A stretch of 27,531 nt of DNA from a virus (lineage: Duplodnaviria > Caudoviricetes), in the IMG/VR virus record IMGVR_UViG_3300044709_000096, positions 1 through 27,531 of that record; one strand, given 5' to 3'. The notes under the pieces are model-generated. The model was given only the letters and a program-made list of their open reading frames with translations. It did not search any database and had not been told where the DNA came from. Below are positions 7,322 to 15,263 of this stretch, one piece after another. Numbering within the stretch: position 1 is the first letter of the stretch; every line of letters begins with the position of its first letter. A program made the translations under genes and the position numbers.

Positions 7322-8790
7322 AGTCGCGGACCTCCGGCTTCACCAAGGGACTCAAGATCGCCGCGGCCGGCTTGGCTGCGCTCGCCGCCGGGGCGGTCTA
7401 TGCCTTCTCGAAGTTCGAGGAAGCCGAGAACGTCATGCAGCAGACCGACGCCGTGCTGAAGTCCACCGGCGGTGCGGCGAAGGTCACCTCGGGCCATGTG
7501 GCGGAGCTGGCGGATTCCATCTCAAAGGTCGCCGGCGTCGATGACGAGGTGATCCAGTCCGGCGAGAACATGCTGTTGACGTTCAAGAACATCCGCAACG
7601 AGGTCGGCGCGGGGAACAACATCTTCGACCAGGCCGTCCAGGTCACCACGGACCTCGCGGCGGGGATGGCCGCAGCCTCCGGCGGCGCTATCAACATGAA
7701 GGCCTCGAGCATCCAGCTCGGCAAGGCGCTGAACGATCCGATCTTGGGGATGACCTCGCTCACCAGGGTGGGTGTGCAGTTCACCGAGGAGCAGCAGAAA
7801 CAGATCGAGCAACTGGTCAAGCACAACAACCTCCTCGGCGCCCAGAAGATCATCCTGGCCGAGGTCTCTTCCCAGTTCGCCGGGTCCGCCGAAGCCCAAG
7901 CCACCGCGTCGGGCAAACTCAGCGTGGCGTTCGAGAACCTGGCCGAGTCGGTGGGCGGCGCGCTGGCCCCGGTGATGACGCAGCTCGCGAACATCGTCGT
8001 CAAGGTGATCGGGTTCCTGCAGCACGAACTCCCACGGGCGCTCCAGGCGACGTCGGACTGGTTCCAGCGCTTGTGGCAGCGGGTCGGCCCGGTGGTCACC
8101 GTGATCGGGCGGGAGCTCTGGGAAGCGATCACGCAGGTCTGGCACGTCCTGCAGGATCAACTCGGCCCGGCGCTCGGGCGCATCTGGGAGGCGCTCAAGA
8201 AGCTGTGGGACGCCGTGGGGCCGGTCATCAACGTGTGGCTCCACATCCAGGCCATCTGGGTCAAGATCGCGCTCGAGGTGCTCCCAATCGTCGTCGCGGC
8301 GATCGGGTTCGTGATCGACATCTTGTCCCGGCTCCTGGACGCTTTCATGTCCGTGGTGGACTGGGTCCGTTCCCACCTCGCCGAGCCGATCGTCGGCGCG
8401 ATTGAGCGCATCATCGCCTGGATCGGCCGCGCGATCGACTGGGTCCGGGACCGGTTCAAGAGCGCCTGGCAGGCCATCCAAGGGCCGGTGCTCGCGGTCA
8501 TCCACGCGATCATCTCTGCGGTCCAGACCCTCATCGGTTGGATCAAGGACGCCATCAACTTCCTGTCTCAACTCGGCAAGGGTGTCGGACAGAACCTCGG
8601 AGGTCAGGTCGGCGGTCTGCTGCCGCCGGGGTTCGGGGGCCAACTGACGCCGGCGGCAGGGATCACCGGCTCAGGTTCGGTCGAGGTCACGGTCAACGGA
8701 TGGGTGGGGTCGGACCAGGACATCGCACGTCGGGTCCGTGATGAGCTCGTTCGGCTTGGGGAGCGCAACGTCACCTCCGGCATCACATGA
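7288..8790 (+). CDS. Tape measure protein (~500 aa; probable ATC start at 7288)
   Basis: 'QLGKALNDP..G..SL.RVG' TMP motif; periodic Trp/amphipathic repeats. GGAGG lies 6 nt before ATC-CCA-ACG-ATC (xPTISTLTVDV). Confidence 0.9.
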   Translation: MPTISTLTVDVESRTSGFTKGLKIAAAGLAALAAGAVYAFSKFEEAENVMQQTDAVLKSTGGAAKVTSGHVAELADSISKVAGVDDEVIQSGENMLLTFKNIRNEVGAGNNIFDQAVQVTTDLAAGMAAASGGAINMKASSIQLGKALNDPILGMTSLTRVGVQFTEEQQKQIEQLVKHNNLLGAQKIILAEVSSQFAGSAEAQATASGKLSVAFENLAESVGGALAPVMTQLANIVVKVIGFLQHELPRALQATSDWFQRLWQRVGPVVTVIGRELWEAITQVWHVLQDQLGPALGRIWEALKKLWDAVGPVINVWLHIQAIWVKIALEVLPIVVAAIGFVIDILSRLLDAFMSVVDWVRSHLAEPIVGAIERIIAWIGRAIDWVRDRFKSAWQAIQGPVLAVIHAIISAVQTLIGWIKDAINFLSQLGKGVGQNLGGQVGGLLPPGFGGQLTPAAGITGSGSVEVTVNGWVGSDQDIARRVRDELVRLGERNVTSGIT

Positions 8791-9959
8791 GCATCCCCAC
8801 GCTCTCGGTCCAGATGGACCTGGGGGACCCCTCGGGAACGCCGACGTGGAGCGCGGACCTCACCCCCTACGTCCGCTTCTGGTCGACCCGCAGAGGCTCG
8901 AACCGGGAGCTCAACCGCGTGGAGGCCGGCACCGCGATCATGCGGCTCAACAACCGCAGCGGGCGGTTCACCCCCGAAGACCCGTCCTCCATCTTCTACC
9001 CGAACCTGTTGCCTATGCGGCGTGTTCGGATCCGGGCGACGTGGAACAGCGTCACCTACCCCATCTTCGCCGGCTTCGTGGAGTCCTGGCCGGTCGGCTT
9101 CCCCGACGTGGTGGACCAGACCATCGACGTCTCTCTGGTGGACGGGTTCAAGGTGCTGGCGCTCGCGAGCATCTCCGGGTCGTTCTCCCAGCAACTCAGC
9201 GGCGCCAGGGTCACGGCGATCCTTGACGCCGCTGGCTGGCCTGCCGCCGATCGGAACATCAACACCGGCCTATCGACGATCGCCGCGGCGACGCTGGACA
9301 ATGAGTCGGCGCTCACGCACCTGCAGGCCGTGGAGCACGCCGAGGGCGGCAGGCTCTACATCGCCCGCGACGGCACGCTGACGTTCCTTGACCGCTACGC
9401 CGTTCTGACCGGCGGCTCGGGCTACAACTTCTACGGCAAGACGTGGTCCGACGACGGGACCGCGATGACGTACCGCGACATCGTCCTGACCTTCGACGAC
9501 ACCCTGCTCATCAACGACGTGCGTCTGACCCGCACCGGGGGGGTCGAGCAGGTCGCGACGGACTCGGCGTCGATCACCAAGTTCTTCCGTCGCAGCTTCA
9601 CCGAGACCGGCGTGGTGCTCGCGACCGACAACGAGGTCAGCGACTTCGCTTCATGGATGGTCGGGCTCTACGGCACGCCGGAGATCCGCGCCGAGCGCAT
9701 CGAGGACAACGCGATGGGCCACGACCGCTGGGACTTCCTGCTGTCCCTGGACATCCGCGACCGGGTCCTGGTCACGAAGACGCCGGTGGGCGCCGGGACG
9801 ATCTCGCAGGACTCGTTCCTCGAGGGCATCTCGCACGACTCCAACGGGCAGGAGTGGCGGACCTCGGTGAACGTCTCGCCGGCCTCGAACGCGACCGGCT
9901 GGCTGGTCCTGAACGACGCGGTGTGGGGACAACTCAACTCCGGCAAGCTGGGGAGGTAG
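8787..9959 (+). CDS. Minor tail / baseplate hub protein
   Basis: First gene after TMP; 'AGTA...LNNRSGRF.P', 'SGARV..ILD..GWP', 'G.LYI.RDG.L.F' patterns. Confidence 0.8.
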   Translation: MSIPTLSVQMDLGDPSGTPTWSADLTPYVRFWSTRRGSNRELNRVEAGTAIMRLNNRSGRFTPEDPSSIFYPNLLPMRRVRIRATWNSVTYPIFAGFVESWPVGFPDVVDQTIDVSLVDGFKVLALASISGSFSQQLSGARVTAILDAAGWPAADRNINTGLSTIAAATLDNESALTHLQAVEHAEGGRLYIARDGTLTFLDRYAVLTGGSGYNFYGKTWSDDGTAMTYRDIVLTFDDTLLINDVRLTRTGGVEQVATDSASITKFFRRSFTETGVVLATDNEVSDFASWMVGLYGTPEIRAERIEDNAMGHDRWDFLLSLDIRDRVLVTKTPVGAGTISQDSFLEGISHDSNGQEWRTSVNVSPASNATGWLVLNDAVWGQLNSGKLGR

Positions 9960-9962
9960 CGC

Positions 9963-10496
9963 GTGGCCTGGACACTCCCGAAGACGTGGTCGGTCGCGGA
10001 GGTCGTCACCGCCGCGAACATGAACACGCACCTGCGCGACAACCTGAACGCCGTCGAGCACCTGATCGCCCGCAAGACCGCCGATGAGACCGTCACCTCC
10101 TCCACCGTGCTCCAAGATGACAACCACCTCCTGATGTCCATCGGCGCGAACGAGGTCTGGAGCTTCACGTTCCGCTTGATCTACGCCGCGCTCGGGACCG
10201 GGGACCTCAAGGTGGCGTTCACCTTCCCCGCGGCGGGCGACATCACCGCCTATGCGGTGGCACAGAACGCCGGGGGAACGCTGACCCAAGCCCGGTGGGC
10301 CGGCGCCACCCCCACGGCCGCGATCGACTTCGCCGGGATCGGCGCGACGTCCAAGATCGTGGTCCCGATCTTCGGCGTGCTGGTCAACGGCGCCACGCCG
10401 GGGACGTTCACGATGCAGTGGGCGCAGAACACCAGCGACGGCACGGCGACGACGATGTATACGAACTCGGCGCTGTGGGGCTGCCAGCTGGCCTAG
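9963..10496 (+). CDS. Minor tail / tail-tip protein
   Basis: 'MAWT.P.TW...EVVTAA.MN...RDNL' N-terminus; 'LQDD.HL', 'QWAQNTS' motifs. Confidence 0.8.
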   Translation: MAWTLPKTWSVAEVVTAANMNTHLRDNLNAVEHLIARKTADETVTSSTVLQDDNHLLMSIGANEVWSFTFRLIYAALGTGDLKVAFTFPAAGDITAYAVAQNAGGTLTQARWAGATPTAAIDFAGIGATSKIVVPIFGVLVNGATPGTFTMQWAQNTSDGTATTMYTNSALWGCQLA

Positions 10497-10651
10497 GTCG
10501 GAGGCTGTCGGCGTTCGATCTCGCGCAGGATCTTGCGCTCGGACGCCTTGCGACCATGCCGGATCGAGCGCCAGATGCCGAGTGGCAGGAACACGATCCA
10601 GAGCAGGATCCGACCGAGCCACCGGAACGGCGCGGTGATGAAGCGGAGCAT
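10493..10651 (-). CDS. 52-aa membrane protein, probably leaderless
   Basis: MLRFITAPFRWLGRILLWIVFLPLGIWRSIRHGRK...PPT*; TAGGAT -10-like box 6 nt upstream of ATG; not in the ORF track. Confidence 0.65.
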   Translation of the reverse strand: MLRFITAPFRWLGRILLWIVFLPLGIWRSIRHGRKASERKILREIERRQPPT

Positions 10652-10674
10652 CCCGGCATCCTACCCCATGAGCG

Positions 10675-10696
10675 AAGGCCCCCCGAAGGGGGCCTT
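10675..10696 (-). terminator. Hairpin with C(UUCG)G loop on the minus strand
   Basis: Perfect 9-bp stem AAGGCCCCC/GGGGGCCTT downstream of the RTX-repeat gene. Confidence 0.6.
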
Positions 10697-10731
10697 GCCC
10701 TGCAGGGACGCGAGGGGGTTCCTCCCCATCC

Positions 10732-11022
10732 CTACACCTGGATGACGACCTCGCAGCTCTGAGCCTTGTCGGTCGAGGTGACGTAGCAGACATCGCGCCC
10801 CGATCCTCCGCGGAGCAGGTCCGAGCCAGGCCCGCCGTAGATCGTGTCGTTGCCGGCGTGGCCGAGCAGCACGTCATCCCCGTAGCCGCCGTGGATCTCG
10901 TTCGATCCCTGGGTGCCGATGATGACGTCGTCTCCACCGCCGCCTGAGATGCCGAGCGCCGGCGAAGCCACAGCGACGCTCAGAGCGAGTGTCGCTGCGA
11001 TGGCGAGCAGGTGTCGCCTCAC
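10732..11022 (-). CDS. Secreted RTX/hemolysin-type calcium-binding repeat protein (96 aa)
   Basis: GTG after AAAGGAG; signal peptide MRRHLLAIAATLALSVAVASPALG; GGxGxDxL/I nonapeptide repeats; C-terminal C..D..SCE. Confidence 0.85.
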   Translation of the reverse strand: MRRHLLAIAATLALSVAVASPALGISGGGGDDVIIGTQGSNEIHGGYGDDVLLGHAGNDTIYGGPGSDLLRGGSGRDVCYVTSTDKAQSCEVVIQV

Positions 11023-11053
11023 GATGGGTCTCCTTTCCCCTTCAGCCACGCCC

Positions 11054-11083
11054 ATCGTGGACCTGCGGCGTCCCGAGTGTCAA
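11054..11083 (-). promoter_or_regulatory. Sigma70-type promoter for the RTX gene
   Basis: TTGACA-18 nt-CACGAT on the minus strand. Confidence 0.6.
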
Positions 11084-11160
11084 GTGCGCCCCACCCCAGG
11101 GAGACCCTTGGCTGAAGGGACCTGAGGCAGGGCGCGATCCAATCCTAGACCGGAGGCTCG

Positions 11161-11832
11161 ATGGCCGAGACAGCCTTTGTGACGGCGCGCTTCCCCGACG
11201 CCGAGATGCCGAAGACCCAGACCCTCGAGCAGGCCGTGGACCGCATGAAGCGCTTCCTCCCACGGACCTCGGAGGCGAGGTACCGCGAGGCCGGGGGGGA
11301 CTACGGTCCCTGGCGCAAGCGCTTGGACATCGTGGACCGGGTGGAAGGCCGCATGAAGCGGATGGGCGTCGGCCCCAAGCTCATCGTCCAGCGCTTCTCG
11401 GACCGGGAGCAGCTCGGCATCCGCGAGATCGAGGCGGCGCCGTCCATCCCGGACCTCGGATGCGCGCCGCAGATCGAGGTCATCCACGCCGCGGTCTGGG
11501 CCGAGTTCGACGTTCGCTCCGGGGGACTGTGGCTCTGCCGCTACATCGACGGCACCAAGACGGTCTCCAAGCACGGCTACCTGGACGACACCGGCCCGGT
11601 CCAGTGGCGCGGCGCCGCAGAGGACATCTTCGTCATCGATGGCGGGATGGAAGACCTCAAGCTGGTCGCCGAGTTCATCGTCAGCGGTACGAAGAACGGC
11701 GCACTCGAGGCGGCGACCGTCATCGTGGATCAGACCATCTGGACCCCGGCGGCGGGGTGGCACCTCTACACCGGTGACCGTCATTTCCATACCCACGTCG
11801 ACGTGGTGGGAGGCCACGCCTGCACACCATGA
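11161..11832 (+). CDS. Putative endolysin, M15-like Zn peptidase
   Basis: GGAGG RBS; R...SKH...GAAED...HTHV zinc-ligand pattern; followed by membrane genes. Confidence 0.65.
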   Translation: MAETAFVTARFPDAEMPKTQTLEQAVDRMKRFLPRTSEARYREAGGDYGPWRKRLDIVDRVEGRMKRMGVGPKLIVQRFSDREQLGIREIEAAPSIPDLGCAPQIEVIHAAVWAEFDVRSGGLWLCRYIDGTKTVSKHGYLDDTGPVQWRGAAEDIFVIDGGMEDLKLVAEFIVSGTKNGALEAATVIVDQTIWTPAAGWHLYTGDRHFHTHVDVVGGHACTP

Positions 11833-12197
11833 ACGAACACACCCCAGTCGATCTGCAAGACGGGAACCACGTCACGCTCAAGGAGTTCATCCTGGCGATC
11901 TCCGCCGAGAAGGACCGAGCGTTGCAGGCGGCGTTCAAGGCGCAGCAGGACGCATTGAACCTTGCGACCCGAAACCTTGAACTTCGGCTGGAGAAATTGA
12001 ACGAACTCCGCCAAGAGGTGACGCAGGACCGCGCCAACTACATCACGCGGGACCGCGCCGAGGCCGAGAGTGACGCGTTCTCGGCGCGCCTGGGTCAGCT
12101 CGAGGCGTTCCGCGGCAAGGCTCTGGGTTTCGGTGCGCTGGTGGCGTTGCTCTCCGGCGCGGTCGGGGCGGTGATCGCAAGGCTGGTCGGCGGATGA
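11829..12197 (+). CDS. Coiled-coil protein with C-terminal transmembrane helix (lysis cassette)
   Basis: Heptad-like segment 'RLEKLNELR' plus hydrophobic C-terminus; ATGA overlaps. Confidence 0.7.
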   Translation: MNEHTPVDLQDGNHVTLKEFILAISAEKDRALQAAFKAQQDALNLATRNLELRLEKLNELRQEVTQDRANYITRDRAEAESDAFSARLGQLEAFRGKALGFGALVALLSGAVGAVIARLVGG

Positions 12198-12289
12198 ACC
12201 GCACCATCATCACCGTCACGCTCACGGTGAGCGGCGCCGTCATCCTGGCGGGGGTGGCTCTGTGGCTCAAGTCGCGGAGGAAGAAGTGA
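12194..12289 (+). CDS. 31-aa single-pass membrane peptide
   Basis: MNRTIITVTLTVSGAVILAGVALWLKSRRKK*; ATGA and GTGA overlaps on both sides. Confidence 0.6.
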   Translation: MNRTIITVTLTVSGAVILAGVALWLKSRRKK

Positions 12290-12474
12290 GCGACCAGGAC
12301 GAGCCTGCCCCTGACGTTCCGTACGTCCTGACCATCTCATGGTCGATCGGCGACAGCCTCGTCCTGGAATATCCCGACCTCCTGCCGTGGGAAGCCCGCG
12401 CCGTGTTGGAGGAAGCCATCGAACAGATACGGGCCGACATGCAATCGGACTCCGAAAGTGAGGAGGCGACATGA
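12286..12474 (+). CDS. Hypothetical acidic protein
   Basis: GTG after GGAGG; overlaps neighbours by 4 nt. Confidence 0.65.
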   Translation: MSDQDEPAPDVPYVLTISWSIGDSLVLEYPDLLPWEARAVLEEAIEQIRADMQSDSESEEAT

Positions 12475-12632
12475 GCATCACCGCACTACTCGCAGCGCTC
12501 GCCATCCTGATCGGCATCTGCCTGGCGGTGTTCGAGGGGACGTTCCTGTTCCCGCCGCTGGTGTGGTTCATCCTGGCGATCGCGCTCAACACGCTCGAGC
12601 TCACGGTCCACATAGGGAAGCACCGTGAGTAG
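12471..12632 (+). CDS. 53-aa two-TM membrane protein
   Basis: AGGAGG RBS; MSITALLAALAILIGICLAVFEG...VWFILAIALN; not in the ORF track. Confidence 0.65.
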   Translation: MSITALLAALAILIGICLAVFEGTFLFPPLVWFILAIALNTLELTVHIGKHRE

Positions 12633-12855
12633 GCCGAGCGAGGCCCTGACCGCCACGGTCGGCACCTTGGTCGCCGCGATCTTGGTCCTGGTCAAGGCGT
12701 ACACCGACATCGACGTCCCCGAGGGCGTCAGCGCCGCTCTTATCCTGATCGTGTCCTACATCGCCGCTGCCGTGACCTGGTACGTGGCCCGTAAGCAACG
12801 TGACCCCGGTTCCCCGGTGACCTCAGGTCCCGACGGCACCGTCGAAGGAGGATAG
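12625..12855 (+). CDS. Putative holin (2 TM)
   Basis: Two hydrophobic helices with a short loop and charged C-terminus; in the lysis cassette. Confidence 0.65.
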   Translation: MSRPSEALTATVGTLVAAILVLVKAYTDIDVPEGVSAALILIVSYIAAAVTWYVARKQRDPGSPVTSGPDGTVEGG

Positions 12856-12857
12856 AG

Positions 12858-13268
12858 ATGAGCGAAGCCGCACGGTTCGCGATGGACGCACCACCTCTGG
12901 CAAGGAAGTACCCCGACACGGCGTTCAGCGACGCCGACCAGAAGGACATCTTCGAGTTCGCGATCTCCGTCGGCGACCTCTCCCCGGAGAAGGAAGCCCA
13001 CTGGCGCGAGCTGTTCGCCTCCGGCGACAAGGTCTACGTCGACACGCGCAAGGTCGACGATGCCCTGGTGAAGGACGGCCGGGTCATCGGCCTCAAGGAC
13101 GTAGCCGGCCTGGTGGACAAAGTCCCGGATGGACGTCACATCCAGACCGACGTCGGCGAGGGTCACCAGGCCCTGGCCTTCTTCCCTGGATCGGGCTGGT
13201 TCGTCGCCGGCGGCGCCGACGTGGTGGAGCGCATCCGCCTGCTGGACTCCAAGCGCGACGACGACTAG
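12858..13268 (+). CDS. Hypothetical protein
   Basis: AAGGAGG RBS; GC3-rich codon usage; followed by a terminator. Confidence 0.75.
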   Translation: MSEAARFAMDAPPLARKYPDTAFSDADQKDIFEFAISVGDLSPEKEAHWRELFASGDKVYVDTRKVDDALVKDGRVIGLKDVAGLVDKVPDGRHIQTDVGEGHQALAFFPGSGWFVAGGADVVERIRLLDSKRDDD

Positions 13269-13288
13269 ACCTCCCCGCGCGGCCCCAT

Positions 13289-13337
13289 AGCCCCCCTTCG
13301 ACCGTGTGCCCCTCGCCGCGGTTCGGAGGGGGGCTTT
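13289..13337 (+). terminator. Rho-independent terminator ending the late/lysis operon
   Basis: AGCCCCCCTTCGACCG...CGGTTCGGAGGGGGGCT stem followed by T residues. Confidence 0.7.
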
Positions 13338-13485
13338 CGCGTGTCGTGACCTGCGGCGCTCGTCACATCTGACGAACCCGCCACGATGCCGATTCCGGCC
13401 GCTGTAAGCCTCCCTAACGGCCGCGGAGGCTAGGTCTGGTGTTCGGCGACGCCGGCATCTAGGCTAGGCACGCGGGGGAGGGGTC

Positions 13486-13932
13486 GTGGAGCGGCTGTGC
13501 TTTCGGTCGGTGGCGGGCACGCAGTGGCACCTCAAGGACGAGGACGGCTTCTCTTGGTGTGGCCTGCCCGAGGGCTCTCTGGGACCCGAACCACGTCCGT
13601 GGCTCCAGACGGCGGATCCTGATCGCTGCCAGAAGTGCCTTCGCTACGATCCCTCCCCGTTGCCCCTGTATCGGGTTCGGGATGGCAGTGCCGAGCTAGT
13701 TCGGGAGGGAGTTCACCGAGCGCCGCTACGAGGGCGACGAGGTGGACGTAGGAGGGCATGGCAGTACCCTGAGCCCAGTTCTGCAACGTACTGGGGGAGC
13801 GTAGCCCCATCGACCACGCGAGCTGGGCCTGGGTCAGACCACGCCGCCTGGCAGCCTCCCGAAGCCATGCGACGAAGGCTCGCTCAGACGGGTGACGATC
13901 GACTTTCTCCCGGCGCACGGCGAGAATCGTAA
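13486..13932 (+). CDS. Zn-finger protein (WH..CG..CxxC in first ~55 aa), antisense to the repressor
   Basis: GGGGAGG RBS; QWHL...SWCG...RCQKC matches two other small ORFs in this genome. Confidence 0.45.
   Translation: MERLCFRSVAGTQWHLKDEDGFSWCGLPEGSLGPEPRPWLQTADPDRCQKCLRYDPSPLPLYRVRDGSAELVREGVHRAPLRGRRGGRRRAWQYPEPSSATYWGSVAPSTTRAGPGSDHAAWQPPEAMRRRLAQTGDDRLSPGARRES
13532..13918 (-). CDS. XRE-family HTH repressor, probably leaderless
   Basis: LREAARRRGLTQAQLA..MG..SPSTLQNW.QG...P HTH; GTG 13918 is 7 nt downstream of TACGAT; divergent from the early genes. Confidence 0.8.
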   Translation of the reverse strand: MRREKVDRHPSERAFVAWLREAARRRGLTQAQLAWSMGLRSPSTLQNWAQGTAMPSYVHLVALVAALGELPPELARHCHPEPDTGATGRDRSEGTSGSDQDPPSGATDVVRVPESPRAGHTKRSRPRP

Positions 13933-13953
13933 ACCGAGGTCGCCGCGCTGCAA
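13926..13953 (-). promoter_or_regulatory. Repressor promoter
   Basis: TTGCAG-16 nt-TACGAT on the minus strand. Confidence 0.55.
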
Positions 13954-14094
13954 GTCCTTCCAGCACAACCCCTCGAATCCTCACGTTGGGATTCCCCGCA
14001 GTTGCAACGCCACGCAGATAGCACCTCGTTGCGATTGAATCGGGCTCGGCGTGCGTGCGCGTTCCCCTGACCAGCAACTCTGCTTACCACATGA

Positions 14095-14103
14095 TGTGGA
14101 TAA
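14095..14103 (-). promoter_or_regulatory. Perfect DnaA box (TTATCCACA)
   Basis: TGTGGATAA on the + strand within the AT-richer control region; function unknown. Confidence 0.4.
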
Positions 14104-14109
14104 GTTTCT

Positions 14110-14149
14110 TGACGACCTGCTTGTATTCGTCAGACCCAGGTAGCAAGAT
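14110..14149 (+). promoter_or_regulatory. Early rightward promoter with overlapping inverted repeat (candidate operator)
   Basis: TTGTAT-17 nt-CAAGAT; TGACGA(14110)-N11-TCGTCA(14127) covers the -35. The same half-sites occur at 13360-13375. Confidence 0.45.
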
Positions 14150-14280
14150 GTGGCGATGTTCGCCGGGAATGTACGTTACGGGGCTCCGAGAGTTGAAACT
14201 ACGACCATCGGGTTCGCCCCACACACCCTGACTTCAAGCCGTGAGGCGGGGGTGCGAGGCGAAAACGCTTCCCGGCGTAC

Positions 14281-14478
14281 ATGCCCGCCCCCGCCCACGA
14301 TCTTCGGTGGTGCGTCGTGACCACCTATGTCGTCTGGAGTGCCCTGTGGCATGAAATCCGTGGAGATGCACGCTTCCTAACCCTCTGCGGCCGCAAGGCT
14401 CCGCCCTCGGCGCGGTGGTCCGAGGTTCGTCCGTCCGAGGTCTTCATGTGCCGACGCTGCGCGGAGGGTTCGGCGTGA
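14281..14478 (+). CDS. Small Zn-finger protein
   Basis: WH...TLCG...CRRC; start uncertain (14281 or 14317). Confidence 0.65.
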   Translation: MPAPAHDLRWCVVTTYVVWSALWHEIRGDARFLTLCGRKAPPSARWSEVRPSEVFMCRRCAEGSA

Positions 14479-14702
14479 GACCGCCTTCGGTCAACCGTGA
14501 GCACTTGGTCGCCGCGACCTTCCTGGTCCTGGCGGTCGCCTTCGCCGCTGCGTTAGGTCTCGTGGTCCTCGTTGCGGGTCTGCTGTCGTTGTACGAGGCG
14601 GTCGGCGCTGGTTTCACGATGCTCATCCTGCTCGGGATCGCTGTGGTCATCCTCGCCGCCGTCCGGTTCGCGCTCTTCCTCATCGACAAGGACGTGCTGT
14701 GA
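14475..14702 (+). CDS. Membrane protein (2 TM)
   Basis: GTG after GGAGG; two long hydrophobic segments. Confidence 0.7.
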   Translation: MRPPSVNREHLVAATFLVLAVAFAAALGLVVLVAGLLSLYEAVGAGFTMLILLGIAVVILAAVRFALFLIDKDVL

Positions 14703-14884
14703 TGCATTCCGCCGACCACGACCCGACCGTGGACCACGCCGAGTGCTTCACCTGCAACGGCATCCTCGCCCGAGCGTTCAACGAGATGGCCGACCTGGAC
14801 CTCGGCCCGAACGGCGTGGACACGTTGATGCAGAGCATCCGCCGGCTGGTCGCAGAAGCGATGGCGCAGGGGCCGGCGGCATGA
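14702..14884 (+). CDS. Hypothetical protein (H..CxxC)
   Basis: TGATG overlap; coupled to the next gene. Confidence 0.6.
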   Translation: MHSADHDPTVDHAECFTCNGILARAFNEMADLDLGPNGVDTLMQSIRRLVAEAMAQGPAA

Positions 14885-15084
14885 GCATCGTCGTCGGCGT
14901 CGGCATCCTCGTCATCGCGGCGCTGCTGATCGCCGGTTGGGCATGGATGCGCGCCGCCTCGATGGCCGACCTGCACGCGATGCGTACCCAAGCCGCTCGC
15001 TCCAAGAAGGCGACCGACGAATGGGAAGAGCCGCGCATCGTTGCGACGTACGGCGGGATCTACGACCAGGAGGACGAGCCGTGA
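14881..15084 (+). CDS. Membrane-anchored hypothetical protein
   Basis: MSIVVGVGILVIAALLIAGWAW...; ATGA overlap. Confidence 0.65.
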   Translation: MSIVVGVGILVIAALLIAGWAWMRAASMADLHAMRTQAARSKKATDEWEEPRIVATYGGIYDQEDEP

Positions 15085-15263
15085 CCGAGATCAAAGCCGA
15101 CCTGTTGCAGAACCTCCTACGCCGCGACTACCTCGAGGACGCCCGCTGGGTCATCTCCGAAGCCTGCGTGTTGGCAGGTCACCCAAGCAAAGTCGATAAG
15201 CCCTACGAACTCAAAAGCGAATGGCAGAGGGGCTGCGTGTGCGGAAGGAACCCATACGCATGA
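15081..15263 (+). CDS. Hypothetical protein
   Basis: GTG after AGGAGG; MTEIKADLL...CVCG. Confidence 0.6.
   Translation: MTEIKADLLQNLLRRDYLEDARWVISEACVLAGHPSKVDKPYELKSEWQRGCVCGRNPYA

Noticed and set aside
299-9194. Many long alternative-frame and antisense ORFs (e.g. 543-1385, 5386-6597, 7522-8643)
   Set aside because: These are shadow ORFs expected from GC3-biased coding, with no motifs or SD sites.
9651-10937. 428-aa minus-strand ORF
   Set aside because: It is an off-frame/antisense product overlapping tail genes and the RTX gene, with low-complexity Arg-rich sequence.
13919-14077. N-terminal extension of the repressor to 181 aa
   Set aside because: It runs through promoter elements. The leaderless GTG 13918 after TACGAT fits better.
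13270-14280. tRNA or tRNA-derived attP in the non-coding control region
   Set aside because: I could not identify a cloverleaf or a convincing T-arm/acceptor-stem fragment by eye.
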